Shown here: one piece after another, positions 1 to 15,000 of the stretch
Position numbering within the stretch: the first letter of the stretch is position 1
How the letters are laid out: every line of letters begins with the position of its first letter
Source: Mobula hypostoma
Lineage: Eukaryota
Reading direction: 5' to 3'
DNA: 64,000 nt
NCBI RefSeq assembly: GCF_963921235.1
Contig: NC_086108.1
Span: 31,064,001-31,128,000, forward strand
Position numbers and translations under genes: made by a program
The notes under the pieces: model-generated
The model's input: the letters and a program-made list of their open reading frames with translations, nothing else
Told to the model about the DNA's origin: nothing
The model's database searches: none

Positions 1-3000
1 CATCCCCCTCACCTGGTCTCATATATCACTTCACAGTTTCTCACCTTATCCCCAACCCCCCTCACCTGGTCTCATTTATCACCTCCCACTTTCTCACCTT
101 CTCCCCCATCCCCCTCACCCAGTCTCATATATAACCTCCCACTTTTCTCATCTTATCCCCCATCCCCCTAACCCGGTCTCATATATCACCTCCCAGTTTC
201 TCAGGTTATCCCTCGTCCCCCTCACCTTGTCTCATATATCACCTCCCAGTTTCAAACCGTATCCCCCAGCCCCCTCACCTCGTCTCATATATCACTTCAC
301 AGTTTCACACCTTATCCCCCATCCCCTCACCCAGTCTCATATATCACCTCCCAGTTTCTCACCTTATCCCCCATCCCCCTCACCTCGTCTCATATATCAC
401 CTCACAGTTTCTCACCTTATCCCCCATCCCGCTAACCCGGTCTCATATATCACCTCCCAGTTTCTAACCTTATCCCCCATCCCCCTCACCCAGTCTCATA
501 TATCACCTCCCAGTTTCTCACGTTATCCCCCATCCCCCTCACCTCATCTCATATACCACTTCACAGTTTCTCACCTTATCCCTCATCCCCCTAACCCTGT
601 CTAAAATATCACCTCCCAGTTTCTCACATTATCCCCCGTCCCCCTCACCTGGTCTCATATATCACCTCCCAGTTTGTAACCTTATCCCCCATCTCCCTCA
701 CCTGTTCTCATATATCACCTCCCAGTTTCTCACTTTATACCCCATCCCCCTCAACTGGTCTCATAGATCACCTCCCAGTTTCTCATGTTAACCCCCATCC
801 CCCTCAAGCGGTCTCAAATATCACCTCCCAGTTTCTCATCATACCCACATCCCCTTCACCTGGTCTCATATATCACTTCACATTTTCTCACTTTATCCCC
901 CATCCCCCTCACCCGGTCTCATATATCACCTTCCAGTTTCTCACCTTCTCCCCCATTCCCCTCACCTCGTCTCATATATCACCTCACAGTTTCTCAACTT
1001 ATCCCCCATCCCCCTAACCCGGTCTCATATATCAACTCCCAGTTTCTCACATTATCCCCCGTCCCCCTCACGTGGTCTCATATATCACCTCCCAGTTTCT
1101 CACATTATCCCCCATCCCCCTCACCCAGTCTCATATATAACCTCCCACTTTTCTCATCTTATCCCCCATCCCCCTCACCTGGTCTCATATATCACCTCCC
1201 AGTTTCTCACCTTATCCCCCATCCCCCTCACCTGGTCTCATGTATCACCTCCCAGTTTCTCACCTTATCCCCCATCCCCCTCACCTGGTCTCATATATCA
1301 CCTCTCGGTTTCTCACCTTATCCCCCATCACCCTCACCTGGTCTCATAGATCACATCCCAGTTTCTCACTTTATCCCACCTCCCCCTCACCTAGTCTCAT
1401 ATATCACCTCCCCGTATCTCACGTTATCCCCCATCCCCGTCACCTGGTCTCATATATCACTTCACAGCTTCACACCTTATCCCCCATCCCCCTCACCCAG
1501 TCTCATATATCACCTCCTAGTTTCTCACCATATCCGCCATCCCCCTCACCTCGTCTCATATATCACTTCACAGTTTCTCACCTTATCCCCCATCCCCCTA
1601 ACCCGGTCTCATATATCACCTCCCCGTTACTCACGTTATCCCCCATCCCCCTCACCTGGTCTCATAGATCACCTCCCAGTTTCTCACGTTATCCCCCATC
1701 CCCCTCACCTGATCTCATATATCACCTCCCAGTTTCTAACCTTATCCCCCATCCCCCGCACCTGGTCTCATATATCATCTCCCAGTTTGTCACGTTATCG
1801 CCCATCCCGCTCACCTGGTCTCATATATCAACTCCCAGTTTCTCACCTTATCCCCCTTCCCCCTCACGAGCTCTCAAATATAAACTCCCGGTTTCTTACC
1901 TTATCCCCCATCCCCCTGACCTGCTCTCATATGTCACCTCCCGGTTTCTCACGTTATCCCCCATCCCCCTCACGCGGTCTCACATATCACCTCCCAGTTT
2001 CTCACCTTACCCCCATCCCCTTCACCTGGACTCATATATCACTTCACAGCTTCACACCTTATCCCACATCCCCCTCACCCAGTCTCATATATCACCTCCT
2101 AGTTTCTCACCATATCCGCCATCCCCCTCACCTCGTCTCATATATCACTTCACAGTTTCTCACCTTATCCCCCATCCCCCTAACCCGGTCTCATATATCA
2201 CCTCCCCGTTACTCACGTTATCCCCCATCCCCCTCACCTGGTCTCATAGATCACCTCCCAGTTTCTCACGTTATCCCCCATCCCCCTAACCCGGTCTCAT
2301 ATATCACCTCCCAGTTTCTCACGTTATCCCCCATCCCCCTAACCCGGTCTCATATATCACCACCCAGTTTCTCACGTTATCCCCCGTCCACCTCACCTGG
2401 TCTCATATATCAACTCCCAGTTTCACACCTTATCCCCCAGCCCCCTCACCCGGTCTCATATATCACCTCCCAGTTTCTCACCTTATCCCCCATCTTCCTC
2501 ACCTCATCTCATATACCAATTCACAGTTGCTCACCTTATCCCTCATCCCCCTAACCCGGTTTAAAATATCACCTGCCAGTTTCTCACGTTATCCCCCGTC
2601 CCCCTCACCTGGTCTCATATATCACCTCCCAGTTTCTCACTTTATACCCCATCCCCCTCATCTGGTCTCATAGATCACCTCCCAGTTTCTCACGTTATCC
2701 CCCATCCCCCTCAAGCGGTCTCAAATTTCACCTCCCAGTTTCTCATCTTACCCACATCCCCTTCACCTGGTCTCATATATCACTTCACAGTTTCACACCT
2801 TATCCCCCATCGCCCTCACCCAGTCTCATATATCACCTCCCAGTTTCTCACCTTATCCCCCATCCCCCTCACCTCGTCTCATATATCACCTCACAGTTTC
2901 TCACCTTGTCCCCCATCCCGCTAACCCGGTCTCATATATCACCTCCCAGTTTCTCACATTATCCACCGTCCCCCTCACGTTGTCTCATATATCACCTCCC

Positions 3001-6000
3001 AGTTTCTCACCTTATCCCCCATCCCCGTCACCTGTTCTCATATATCACCTCCCAGATTCTCACGTTATCCCCCGTCCCCCTCACCTGATCTCATATATCA
3101 CCTCCCAGTTTCTCACCTTATCCCCCATCCCCCTCACCTCATCTCATATACCACTTCACAGTTTCTCACCTTATCCCTCATCCCCCTAACCCGGTCTAAA
3201 ATATCACCTCCCAGTTTCTCACGTTATCCCCCGTCCCCCTCACCTGGTCTCATATATCACCTCCCAGTTTGTAACCTTATCCCCCATCTCCCTCACCTGT
3301 TCTCATATATCACCTCCCAGTTTCTCAAATTATACCCCATCCCCCTCAACTGGTCTCATAGATCACCTCCCAGTTTCTCACGTTAACCCCCATCCCCCTC
3401 AAGCGGTCTCAAATATCACCTCCCAGTTTCTCATCTTACCCACATCCCCTTCACCTGGTGTCATATATCACTTCACAGTTTCTCACTTTATCCCCCATCC
3501 CCCTCACCCGGTCTCATATATCACCTCCCAGTTTCTCACCTTATCCCCCATCCCCCTCACCTGTTCTCATATATCACCTCCCAGATTCTCACCTATCCCC
3601 CATTCCCCTCACCTGGTCTCATATATCACCTCACAGTTTCTCACCTTATCCCCCATCCCCCTAACCCGGTCTCATATATCACCTCCCAGTTTCTCACATT
3701 ATCCCCCGTCCCCCTCACGTGGTCTCATATATCACCTCCCAGTTTCTCACCTTATCCCCCATCCCCCTCACCTGTTCTCATATATCACCTCCCAGATTCT
3801 CACCTTTTCCCCCATCCCCCTCACCTCGTCTCATATTTCACCTCACAGTTTCTCACGTTATCCCCCATCCCCCTCACCTGGTCTCATATATCACTTCACA
3901 GTTTCTCACCTTATCCCCAACCCCCTCACCCGGTCTCATATATCACCTCCCACTTTCTCACCTTCTCCCCCATCCCCCTCACCCAGTCTCATATATAACC
4001 TCCCACTTTTCTCACCTTCTCCCCCATCCCCCTCACCTGGTCTCATATATCACCTCCCAGTTTCTCACGTTATCTCCAATCCCTCTCACCTGTTCTCATA
4101 TATCACCTCCCAGTTTCTCACGTTATCCCCCGTCCCCCTCACCTGGTCTCATATATCACCTCCAAGTTTCTCAGAATATCGCCCATCCCGCTCACCTGGT
4201 CTCATATATCACCTCCCAGTTTCTCACCTTATTCGCCCATCCCCCTCACCTGGTCTCATGTATCACCTCCCAGTTTCTCAACTTATCCCCCATCCCCCTC
4301 ACCTGGTCTCATATATCACCTCTCGGTTTCTCACCTTATCCCCCATCCCGCTCACCTGGTCTCATAGATCACATCCCAGTTTCTCACGTTATCCCACCTC
4401 CCCCTCACCCAGTCTCATATATCACCTCCCCGTTTCTCACGTTATCCCCCGTCCCGCTCACCTGGTCTCATAGAGCACCTCCCAGTTTCTCACGTTATCC
4501 CCCATCCCCCTCACGCGGTCTCACATATCACCTCCCAGTTTCTCACCTTACCCCCATCCCCTTCACCTGGTCTCATATAGCACTTCACAGCTTCACACCT
4601 TATCCCCCATGCCCTCACCCGGTCTCATATATCACCTCCTGGTTTCTCACCTTATCCACCATCCCCCTCACCTCGTCTCATATATCACTTCACAGTTTCT
4701 CACCTTATCCCCCATCCCCCTAACCCGGTCTCATATATCACCTCCCAGTTTCTCAGGTTATCCCCCGTCCCCCTCACCTGGTCTCATATATCACCTCCCA
4801 GTTTCTCACGTTATCCTCCATCCCCCTCACCTGGTCTCATATATCACCTCCCCGTTACTCACGTTATCCCCCATCCCCCTCACCTGGTCTCATAGATCAC
4901 CTCCCAGTTTCTCACGTTATCCCCCATCCCCCTAACCCGGTTTCATATATCACCTCCCAGTTTCTCACCTTATCTCCCGTCCACCTCACCTGGTCTCATA
5001 TATCAACTCCCAGTTTCACACTTTATCCCCCAGCCCCCTCTCCTCGTCTCATATATCACTTCACAGTTTCTCACTTTATCCCCCATCCCCCTCACCTGTT
5101 CTCATATATCACCTCCCAGATTCTCACGTTATTCCCAGTCCCCGTCACCTGGTCTCATATATCACCTTCCAGTTTCTAACCTTATCCCCCATCCCCCTCA
5201 CCTGTTCTCATATATCACCTCCCAGTTTCTCACGTTATCCCCCGTCCCCCTCACCTGGTCTCATATATCACCTCCAAGTTTCTCAGAATATCGCCCATCC
5301 CGCTCACCTGGTCTCATATATCACCTCCCAGTTTCTCAACTTATTCGCCCATCCCCCTCACCTGGTCTCATATATCACCTCCCAGTTTCTCACGTTATCC
5401 CCCATCCCCCTCACCTGGTCTCATCTATCACCTCCCAGTTTCTCACCTTATCTCCCATCCCCCTCACCTGGTCTCATATATCACCCCCCGGTTTCTCACG
5501 TCATCCCCTATCGCCCTCACCTGGTCTCATATATCACCTCCAAGTTTCTCACCTTATCACCCATCCCCCTCACCTGGTCTCATATATCACCTCCCATTTC
5601 CTCACGTTATCCCCCATTCCCCTCACCTGGTCTCATGTATGACCTCCCAGTTTCTCACCTTATCCCCCATCCCCCTCACCTGGTCTCATATATCACCTCC
5701 CGGTTTCTCACCTTATCCCCTATCCCCCTCACCTGGTCTCATAGATCACATCCCAGTTTCTCACGTTATCCCAACTCCCCCTCTCCTGGTCTCATATATC
5801 ACCTCCCCGTTTCTCACGTTATTCCCCATCCCCCTCACCTGGTCTCATAGAGCACCTCCCAGTTTCTCACGTTATCCCCCATCCCCCTCACGCGGTCTCA
5901 CATATCACCTCCCAGTTTCTCACCTTACGCCCATCCCCTTCACCTTGTCTCATATATCACTTCACAGCTTCACACCTTATCCCCCATCCCCCTCACCCGG

Positions 6001-9000
6001 TCTCATATATCTCCTTCTAGTTTCTCACCTTATCCACCATCCCCCTCACCTCGTCTCATATATCACTTCACAGTTTCTCACCTTATCGCCCATCCCCCGA
6101 ACCCGGTCTCATATATCACCTCCCAGTTTCTCAGGTTATCCCTCGTCCCCCTCACCTGGTCTCATATATCACCTCCCAGTTTCACACCGTATCCCCCAGC
6201 CCCCTCACCTCGTCTCATATATCACTTCACAGTTTCTCACCTTATCCCCCATCCCCCTCACCCGGTCTCATATATCACCTCCCAGTTTCTCACCTTATCC
6301 CCCATCCCCCTCACCTCATCTCATATATCACCTCCCAGTTTCTCACGTTAACCCCCATCCCCCTCACCTGGTCTCATATATCACCTCCCAGTTTCTCACC
6401 TTATCCCCCATCCCCCTCACCCGGTCTCATATATCACCTCCCAGTTTCTAACGTTATCCTCCATCCCCCTCACCTGGTCTCATATATCACCTCCCAGTTT
6501 CTCACATTATCCCCCATCCCCCTCACAAGGTTTCATATATCACCTCCCAGTTTCTCACCATATCCCCCATCCCCCTCACCTGGTCTCATATATCAACTCC
6601 CGGTTTCTTACCTTTTCCCCCATCCCCCTCACCTGCTCTCATATATCACCTCCCGGTTTCTCACGTTATCCCCCATCTCCCTCACCTCGTCTCATATATC
6701 ACTTCACAGTTTCTCACCTTATCCCCCATCCCCCTCACCCAGTCTCATATATCACCTCCCAGTTTCTCACCTTATCCCCCATCCCCCTCACCTCATCTCA
6801 TATACCACTTCACAGTTGCTCACCTTATCCCTCATCCCCCTAACCCGGTCTAAAATATCACCTGCCAGTTTCTCACGTTATCCCCCGTCCCCCTCACCTG
6901 GTCTCATATATCACCTCCCAGTTTCTCACTTTATACCCCATTCCCCTCATCTGGTCTCATATATCACCTCACAGTTTCTCACCTTATCCCCCATCCCGCT
7001 AACCCGGTCTCATATATCACCTCCCAGTTTCTCACATTATCCACCGTCCCCCTCACGTGGTCTCATTTATCACCTCCCAGTTTCTCACCTTATCCCCCAT
7101 CCCCGTCACCTGTTCTCATATATCACATCCCAGATTCTCACGTCATCCCCCGTCCCCCTCACCTGATCTCATATAACACCTCCCAGTTTCTAAACTTATC
7201 CCCCATCCCCCGCACCTGGTCTCATATATCATCTCCCAGTTTCTCACCTTATCGCCCATCCCGCTCACCTGGTCTCATATATCAACTCCCAGTTTCTCAC
7301 CTTATCCCCCTTCCCCCTCACGAGCTCTCAAATATCAACTCCCGGTTTCTCACCTTATCCCCCATCCCCCTCACCTGGTCTCATATATCACCTCCCGGTT
7401 TCTCACGTCATCCCCTATCGCCCTCACCTGGTCTCATATATCACCTCCAAGTTTCTCACCTTATCACCCATCCCCCTCACTGCTCTCATATATCACTTCC
7501 CATTTCCTCACGTTATCCCCCATCCCCCTCACCTGGTCTTATGTATGACCTCCCAGTTTCTCACCTTAACCCCCATCCCCCTCACCTGGTCTCATATATC
7601 ACCTCCCGGTTTCTCACCTTATCCCCCATCCCCCTCACCTGGTCTCATAGATCACATCCCAGTTTCTCACGTTATCCCACACCCCCTCACCTGGTCTCAT
7701 ATAGCACCTCCCCGTTTCTCACGTTATTCCCCATCCCCCTCACCTGGTCTCATAGAGCACCTCCCAGTTTCTCACGTTATCCCCCATCGCCCTCAAGCGG
7801 TCTCACATATCACCTCCCATTTTCTCACCTTACCCCCATCCCCTTCACCTGGTCTCATATATCACTTCACAGCTTCACACCTTATCCCCCATCCCCCTCA
7901 CCCGGTCTCATATATCACCTCCCAGTTTCTCACCTTATCCACCATCCCCCTCACCTCGTCTCATATATCACTTCACAGTTTCTCACCTTATCCCCCATCC
8001 CCCTAACCCGGTCTCATATATCACCTCCCAGTTTCTCAGGTTATCCCTCGTCCCCCTCACCTGGTCTCATATATCACCTCCCAGTTTAACACCGTATCCC
8101 CCATGCCCCCTCACCTCGTCTCATATATCACCTCCCAGTTTCTCACCTTATCCCCCATCCCCGTCACCTGTTCTCATATATCACCTCCCAGATTCTCACG
8201 TTATCCCCCGTCCCCCTCACCTGATCTCATATATCACCTCCCAGTTTCTAACCTTATCCCCCATCCCCCGCACCTGGTCTCATATATCATCTCCCAGTTT
8301 CTCACCTTATCGCCCATCCCGCTCACCTGGTCTCATATATCAACTCCCAGTTTCTCACCTTATCCCCCTTCCCCCTCACGAGCTCTCAAATATCAACTAC
8401 CAGTTTCTCACCTTATCCCCCATCCCCCTCACCTGGTCTCATATATCAACTCCCGGTCTCTCACGTCATCCCCTATCGCCCTCACCTGGTCTCATATATC
8501 ACCTCCAAGTTTCTCATCTTATCCCCCATCCCCCTCACCTGGTCTCATATATCACCTCCCATTTCCTCACGTTATCCCCCATCCCCCTCACCTGGTCTCA
8601 TGTATGACCTCTCAGTTTCTCACTTTATCCCCCATCCCCCTCACCTGGCCTTATAGATCACATCCCAGTTTCTCACGTTATCCCACTTCCCCCTCACCTG
8701 GTCTCATATATCACCTCCCCGTTTCTCACGTTATTCCCCATCCCCCTCACCTGGTCTCATAGAGCACCTCCCAGTTTCTCACGTTATCCCCCATCCCCCT
8801 CACGCGGTCTCACATATCACCTCCCAGTTTCTCACCTTACCCCCATCCCCTTCACCTGTTCTCATATATCACTTCACAGCTTCACACCTTATCCCCCATC
8901 CCCCTCACCCGGTCTCATATATCACCTCCTAGTTTCTCACCTTATCCACCATCCCCCTCACCTCGTCTCATATATCACTTCACAGTTTCTCACCTTATCC

Positions 9001-12000
9001 CCCATCCCCCTAACCCGGTCTCATATATCACCTCCCAGTTTATCAGGATATCCCTCGTCCCCCTCACCTGGTCTCATATATCACTTCCCAGTTTCACACC
9101 GTATCCCCCAGCCCCCTCACACCGTCTCATATATCACTTCACAGTTTCTCACCTTATCCCCCATCCCCCTCACCTGGTCTCATATATCACCTCCCAGTTT
9201 CTCATCTTATCACCCATCCCCCTCACCTCATCTCATATATCACCTCCCAGTTTCTCACGTTAACCCCCATCCCCCTCACCTGGTCTCATATATCACCTCC
9301 CAGTTTCTCACCTTATCCCCCATCCCCCTCACCCGGTCTCATATATCACCTCCCAGTTTCTAACGTTATCCTCCATCCCGCTCACCTGGTCTCATATATC
9401 ACCTCCCAGTTTCTCACATTATCCCCCATCCCCCTCACAAGGTCTCATATATCACCTCCCAGTTTCTCACCATGTCCCCCATCCCCCTCACCTGGTCTCA
9501 TATATCAACTCCCGGTTTCTTACCTTTTCCCCCATCCCCCTCACCTGCTCTCATATATCACCTCCCGGTTTCTCACATTATCCCCCATCTCCCTCACCTC
9601 GTCTCATATATCACTTCACAGTTTCTCACCTTATCCCCCGTCCCCCTCACCCGGTCTCATATATCACCTCCCAGTTTCTCACCTTATCCCCCATCCCCCT
9701 CACCTCGTCTCATATATCACCTCACAGTTTCTCACCTTATCCCCCATCCCGCTAACCCGGTCTCATATATCACCTCCCAGTTTCTCACCTTATCCCCCAT
9801 CCCCGTCACCTGTTCTCATATATCACCTCCCAGATTCTCACGTTATCCCCCGTCCCCCTCACCTGATCTCATATATCACCTCCCAGATTCTAACCTTATC
9901 CCCCATCCCCCGCACCTGGTCTCATATATCATCTCCCAGTTTCTCACCTTATCGCCCATCCCGCTCACCTGGTCTCATATATCAACTCCCAGTTTCTCAC
10001 CTTATCCCCCTTCCCCCTCACGAGCTCTCAAATATCAACTCCCGGTTTCTTACCTTATCCCCCATCCCCCTTACCTGCTCTCATATGTCACCTCCCGGTT
10101 TCTCACGTTATCCCCCATCCCCCTCAGCTCGTCTCATAGATCACTTCACAGTTTCTCACATTATCCCCCATCCCCCTCACCAGGTCTCATATATCACCTC
10201 CCAGTTTAACACCTTATCCCCCATCCCCCTCACCTCATCTCATATACCACTTCACAGTTTCTCACCTTATCCCTCATTCCCCTAACCCGGTCTAAAATAT
10301 CACCTCCCAGTTTCTCACGTTATCCCCCGTCCCCCTCACCTTGTCTCATATATCATTGCCCAGTTTATAACCTTATCCCCCATCTCCCTCACCTGTTCTC
10401 ATATATCACCTCCCAGTTTCTCACTTTATACCCCATCCCTATCAACTGGTCTCATAGATCACCTCCCAGTTTCTCACGTTATCCCCCATACACCTCACGC
10501 GGTCTCAAATATCACCTCCCAGTTTCTCATCTTACCCACATCCCCTTCACCTGGTCTCATATATCACTTCACAGTTTCTCACTTTATCCCCCATCCCCCT
10601 CACCCGGTCTCATATATCACCTCCCAGTTTCTCACCTTATCCCCCATTCCCCTCACCTCGTCTCATATATCACCTCACAGTTTCTCACCTTATCCCCCAT
10701 CCCCCTAACCCGGTCTCATATATCACCTCTCAGTTTCTCACATTATCCCCCGTCCCCCTCACGTGGTCTCATATATCACCTCCCAGTTTCTCACCTTATC
10801 CCCCATCCCCCTCACCTGTTCTCATATATCACCTCCCAGATTCTCACGTTATCCACCGTCCCCCTCACCTGGTCTCATATATCACCTCCCAGTTTCTCAC
10901 GTTATCCCCCGTCCACCTCACCTGGTCTCATATATCAACTCCCAGTTTCACACCTTATCCCCCAGCCCCCTCACCTCGTCTCATATATCACTTCACAGTT
11001 TCTCACCTTATCCCCCATCCCCCTCACCCGGTCTCATATATCACCTCCCAGTTTCTCACCTTATCCCCCATCCCCCTCACCTCATCTCATATATCACCTC
11101 CCAGTTTCTCACCTTATCCCCCATCCCCCTCACCTCATCTCATATACCATTTCACAGTTGCTCACCTTATCCCTCATCCCCCTAACCCGGTCTAAAATAT
11201 CACCTGCCAGTTTCTCACGTTATCCCCCGTCCCCCTCACCTGGTCTCATATATCACCTCCCAGTTTCTCACGTTATCCCCCATCCCCCTCATCTGGTCTC
11301 ATAGATCACCTCCCAGTTTCTCACGTTATCCCCCATCCCCCTCAAGCGGTCTCAAATGTCACCTCCCAGTTTCTCATCTTACCCACATCCCCTTCACCTG
11401 GTCTCATATATCACTTCACAGTTTCTCACCTTATCTTCCATCCCCCTCACCCAGTCTCATATATCACCTCCCAGTTTCTCACCCTATCCCCCATCCCCCT
11501 CACCTCGTCTCATATATCACCTCACAGTTTCTCACCTTATCCCCCATCCCGCTAACCCGGTCTCATATATCACCTCCCAGTTTCTCACATTATCCACCGT
11601 CCCCCTCACGTGGTCTCATATATCACCTCCCAGTTTCTCACCTTATCTTGCATCCCTGTCACCTGTTCTCATATATCACCTCCCAGATTCTCACGTTATC
11701 CCCCGTCCCCCTCACCTGATCTCATATATCACCTCCCAGTTTCTAACCTTATCCCCCATCCCCCGCACCTGGTCTCATATATCATCTCCCAGTTTCTCAC
11801 CTTATCGCCCATCCCGCTCACATGGTCTCATATATCAACTCCCAGTTTCTCACCTTATCCCCCTTCCCCCTCACGAGCTCTCAAATATCAACACCCGGTT
11901 TCATACATTATCCCCCATCCCCCTTACCTGCTCTCATATGTCACCTCCCGGTTTCTCACGTTATCCCCCATCCCCCTCACCTCGTCTCATATATCACTTC

Positions 12001-15000
12001 ACAGTTTCTCACATTATCCCCCATCCCCCTCACCAGGTCTCATATATCACCTCCCAGTTTAACACCTTATCCCCCATCCCCCTCACCTCATCTCATATAC
12101 CACTTCACAGTTTCTCACCTTATCCCTCATCCCCCTAACCCGGTCTAAAATATCACCTCCCAGTTTCTCACGTTATCCCCCGTCCCCCTCACCTTGTCTC
12201 ATATATCACCTCCCAGTTTGTAACCTTATCCCCCATCTCCCTCACCTGTTCTCATATATCACCTCCCAGTTTCTCAAATTATCCCCCATCCCCCTCAACT
12301 GGTCTCATAGATCACCTCCCAGTTTCTCACGTTAACCCCCATCCCCCTCAAGCGGTCTCAAATATCACCTCCAGGTTTCTCATCTTACCCACATCCCCTT
12401 CACCTGGTCTCATATATCACTTCACAGTTTCTCACTTTATCCCCCATCCCCCTCACCCGGTCTCATATATCACCTCCCAGTTTCTCACCTTATCCCCCAT
12501 TCCCCTCACCTCGTCTCATATATCACCTCACAGTTTCTCACCTTATCCCCCATCCCCCTCACCTGGTCTCATATATCACCTCCCAGTTTCTCACATTATC
12601 CCCCGTCCCCCTCACGTGGTTTCATATATCACCTCCCAGTTTCTCACCTTATCCCGCATCCCCGTCACCTGTTCACATATATCACCTCCCAGTTTCTAAC
12701 CTTATCCCCCATCCCCCGCACCTGGTCTCATATATCATCTCCCAGTTTCTCACCTTATCGCCCATCCCGCTCACATGGTCTCATATATCAACTCCCAGTT
12801 TCTCACCTTATCCCCCTTCCCCCTCACGAGCTCTCAAATATCAACTCCCGGTTTCATACCTAATCCCCCATCCCCCTTACCTGCTCTCATATGTCACCTC
12901 CCGGTTTCTCACGTTATCCCCCATCCCCCTCACCTCGTCTCATATATCACTTCACAGTTTCTCACATTATCCCCCATCCCCCTCACCCGGTCTCATATAT
13001 CACCTCCCAGTTTCTCACCTTATCCCCCATTCCCCTCACCTCGTCTCATATATCACCTCACAGTTTCTCACCTTATCCCCCATCCCCCTAACCCGGTCTA
13101 ATATATCACCTCCCAGTTTCTCACATTATCCTTCGTCCCCCTCACGTGGTCTCATATATCACCTCCCAGTTTCTCACCTTATCCCCTATCCCCCTCACCT
13201 GTTCTCATATATCACCTCCCAGATTCTCACGTTATTCCCAGTCCCCGTCACCTGGTCTCATATATCACCTTCCAGTTTCTAACCTTATCCCCCATCCCCC
13301 TCACCTGGTCTCATATATCACCTCCCAGTTTCTCACATTATCCCCCGTCCCCCTCACCTGGTCTCATAGATCACATCCCAGTTTCTCACGTTAACCCCCA
13401 TCCCCCTCAAGCGGTCTCAAATATCACCTCCCAGTTTCTCATCTTACCCACATCCCCTTCACCTGGTCTCATATATCACTTCACAGTTTCTCACTGTATC
13501 CCCCATCCCCCTCACCCGGTCTCATATATCAGCTCCCAGTTTCTCACCTTATCCCCCATTCCCCTCACCTCGTCTCATATATCACCTCACAGTTTCTCAC
13601 CTTATCCCCCATCCCCCTCACCCGGTCTCATATATCACCTCCCAGTTTCTCACATTATCCCCCGTCCCCCTCACGTGGTCTCATATATCACCTCCCAGTT
13701 TCTCACCTTATCCCCCATCCCCCTCACCTGTTCTCATATATCACCTCCCAGTTTCTCACCTTTTCCCCCATCCCCCTCACCTCGTCTCATATATCACCTC
13801 CCAGTTTCTCACGTTATCCCCCATCCCCCTCACCTGGTCTCATATATCACTTCACAGTTTCTCACCTTATCCCCAACCCCCTCACCCGATCTCATATATC
13901 ACCTCCCACTTTCTCACCTTCTCCCCCATCCCCCTCACCCAGTCTCATATATAACCTCCAACTTTTCTCACCTTATCCCCCATCCCCCTCACCTAGTCTC
14001 ATATATCACCTCCCAGTTTCTCACGTTATCTCCAATCCCTCTCACCTGGTCTCATATATCACCTCCCAGTTTCTCACGTTATCCTCCATCCCCCTCACCT
14101 GGTCTCATATATCACCTCCCAGTTTCTCAACTTATCCCCCATACCCCTCACCTGGTCTCATATATCACCTCCCATTTCCTCACGTTATCCCACATCCCCC
14201 TAACCCGGTCTCATATATCACCTCCCAGTTTCTCAGGTTATCCCCCGTCCCCCTCACCTGGTCTCATATATCACCTCCCAGTTTCTCACGTTATCCCCCA
14301 TCCCCCTCACCTGGTCTCATATATCACCTCCCCGTTTCTCACGTTATCCCCCATCCCCCTCACCTGGTCTCATAGATCACCTCCCAGTTTCTCACCTTAT
14401 TCCCCCATCCCCGTAACCTAGTCTCATATATCACCACCCAGTTTATCACGTTATCCCCCGTCCACCTCACCTGCTCTCATATATCAACTCCCAATTTCAC
14501 ACCTTATCCCCCATCCCCCTCACCTCATCTCATATATCACTTCACAGTTTCTCACTTTATCCCCCATCCCCCTCACCCGGTCTCATATATCACCTCCCAG
14601 TTTCTCACCTTATCCCCCATCCCCCTCAGCTCATCTCATATATCACCTCCAAGTTTATCACGTTAAACCCCATCCCCCTCACCTGGTCTCATATATCACC
14701 TCCCAGTTTCTCACCTTATCCCCCATCCCCCTCACCTGTTCTCATATATCACCTCCCAGATTCTCACGTTATTCCCAGTCCCCGTCACCTGGTCTCATAT
14801 ATCACCTTCCAGTTTCTAACCTTATCCCCCATCCCCCTCACCTGTTCTCATATATCACCTCCCAGTTTCTCACGTTATCCCCCGTCCCCCTCACCTGGTC
14901 TCATATATCACATCCAAGTTTCTCAGAATATCGCCCATCCCGCTCACCTGGTCTCATATATCACCTCCCAGTTTCTCACCTTATCCCCCATCCCCCTCAC

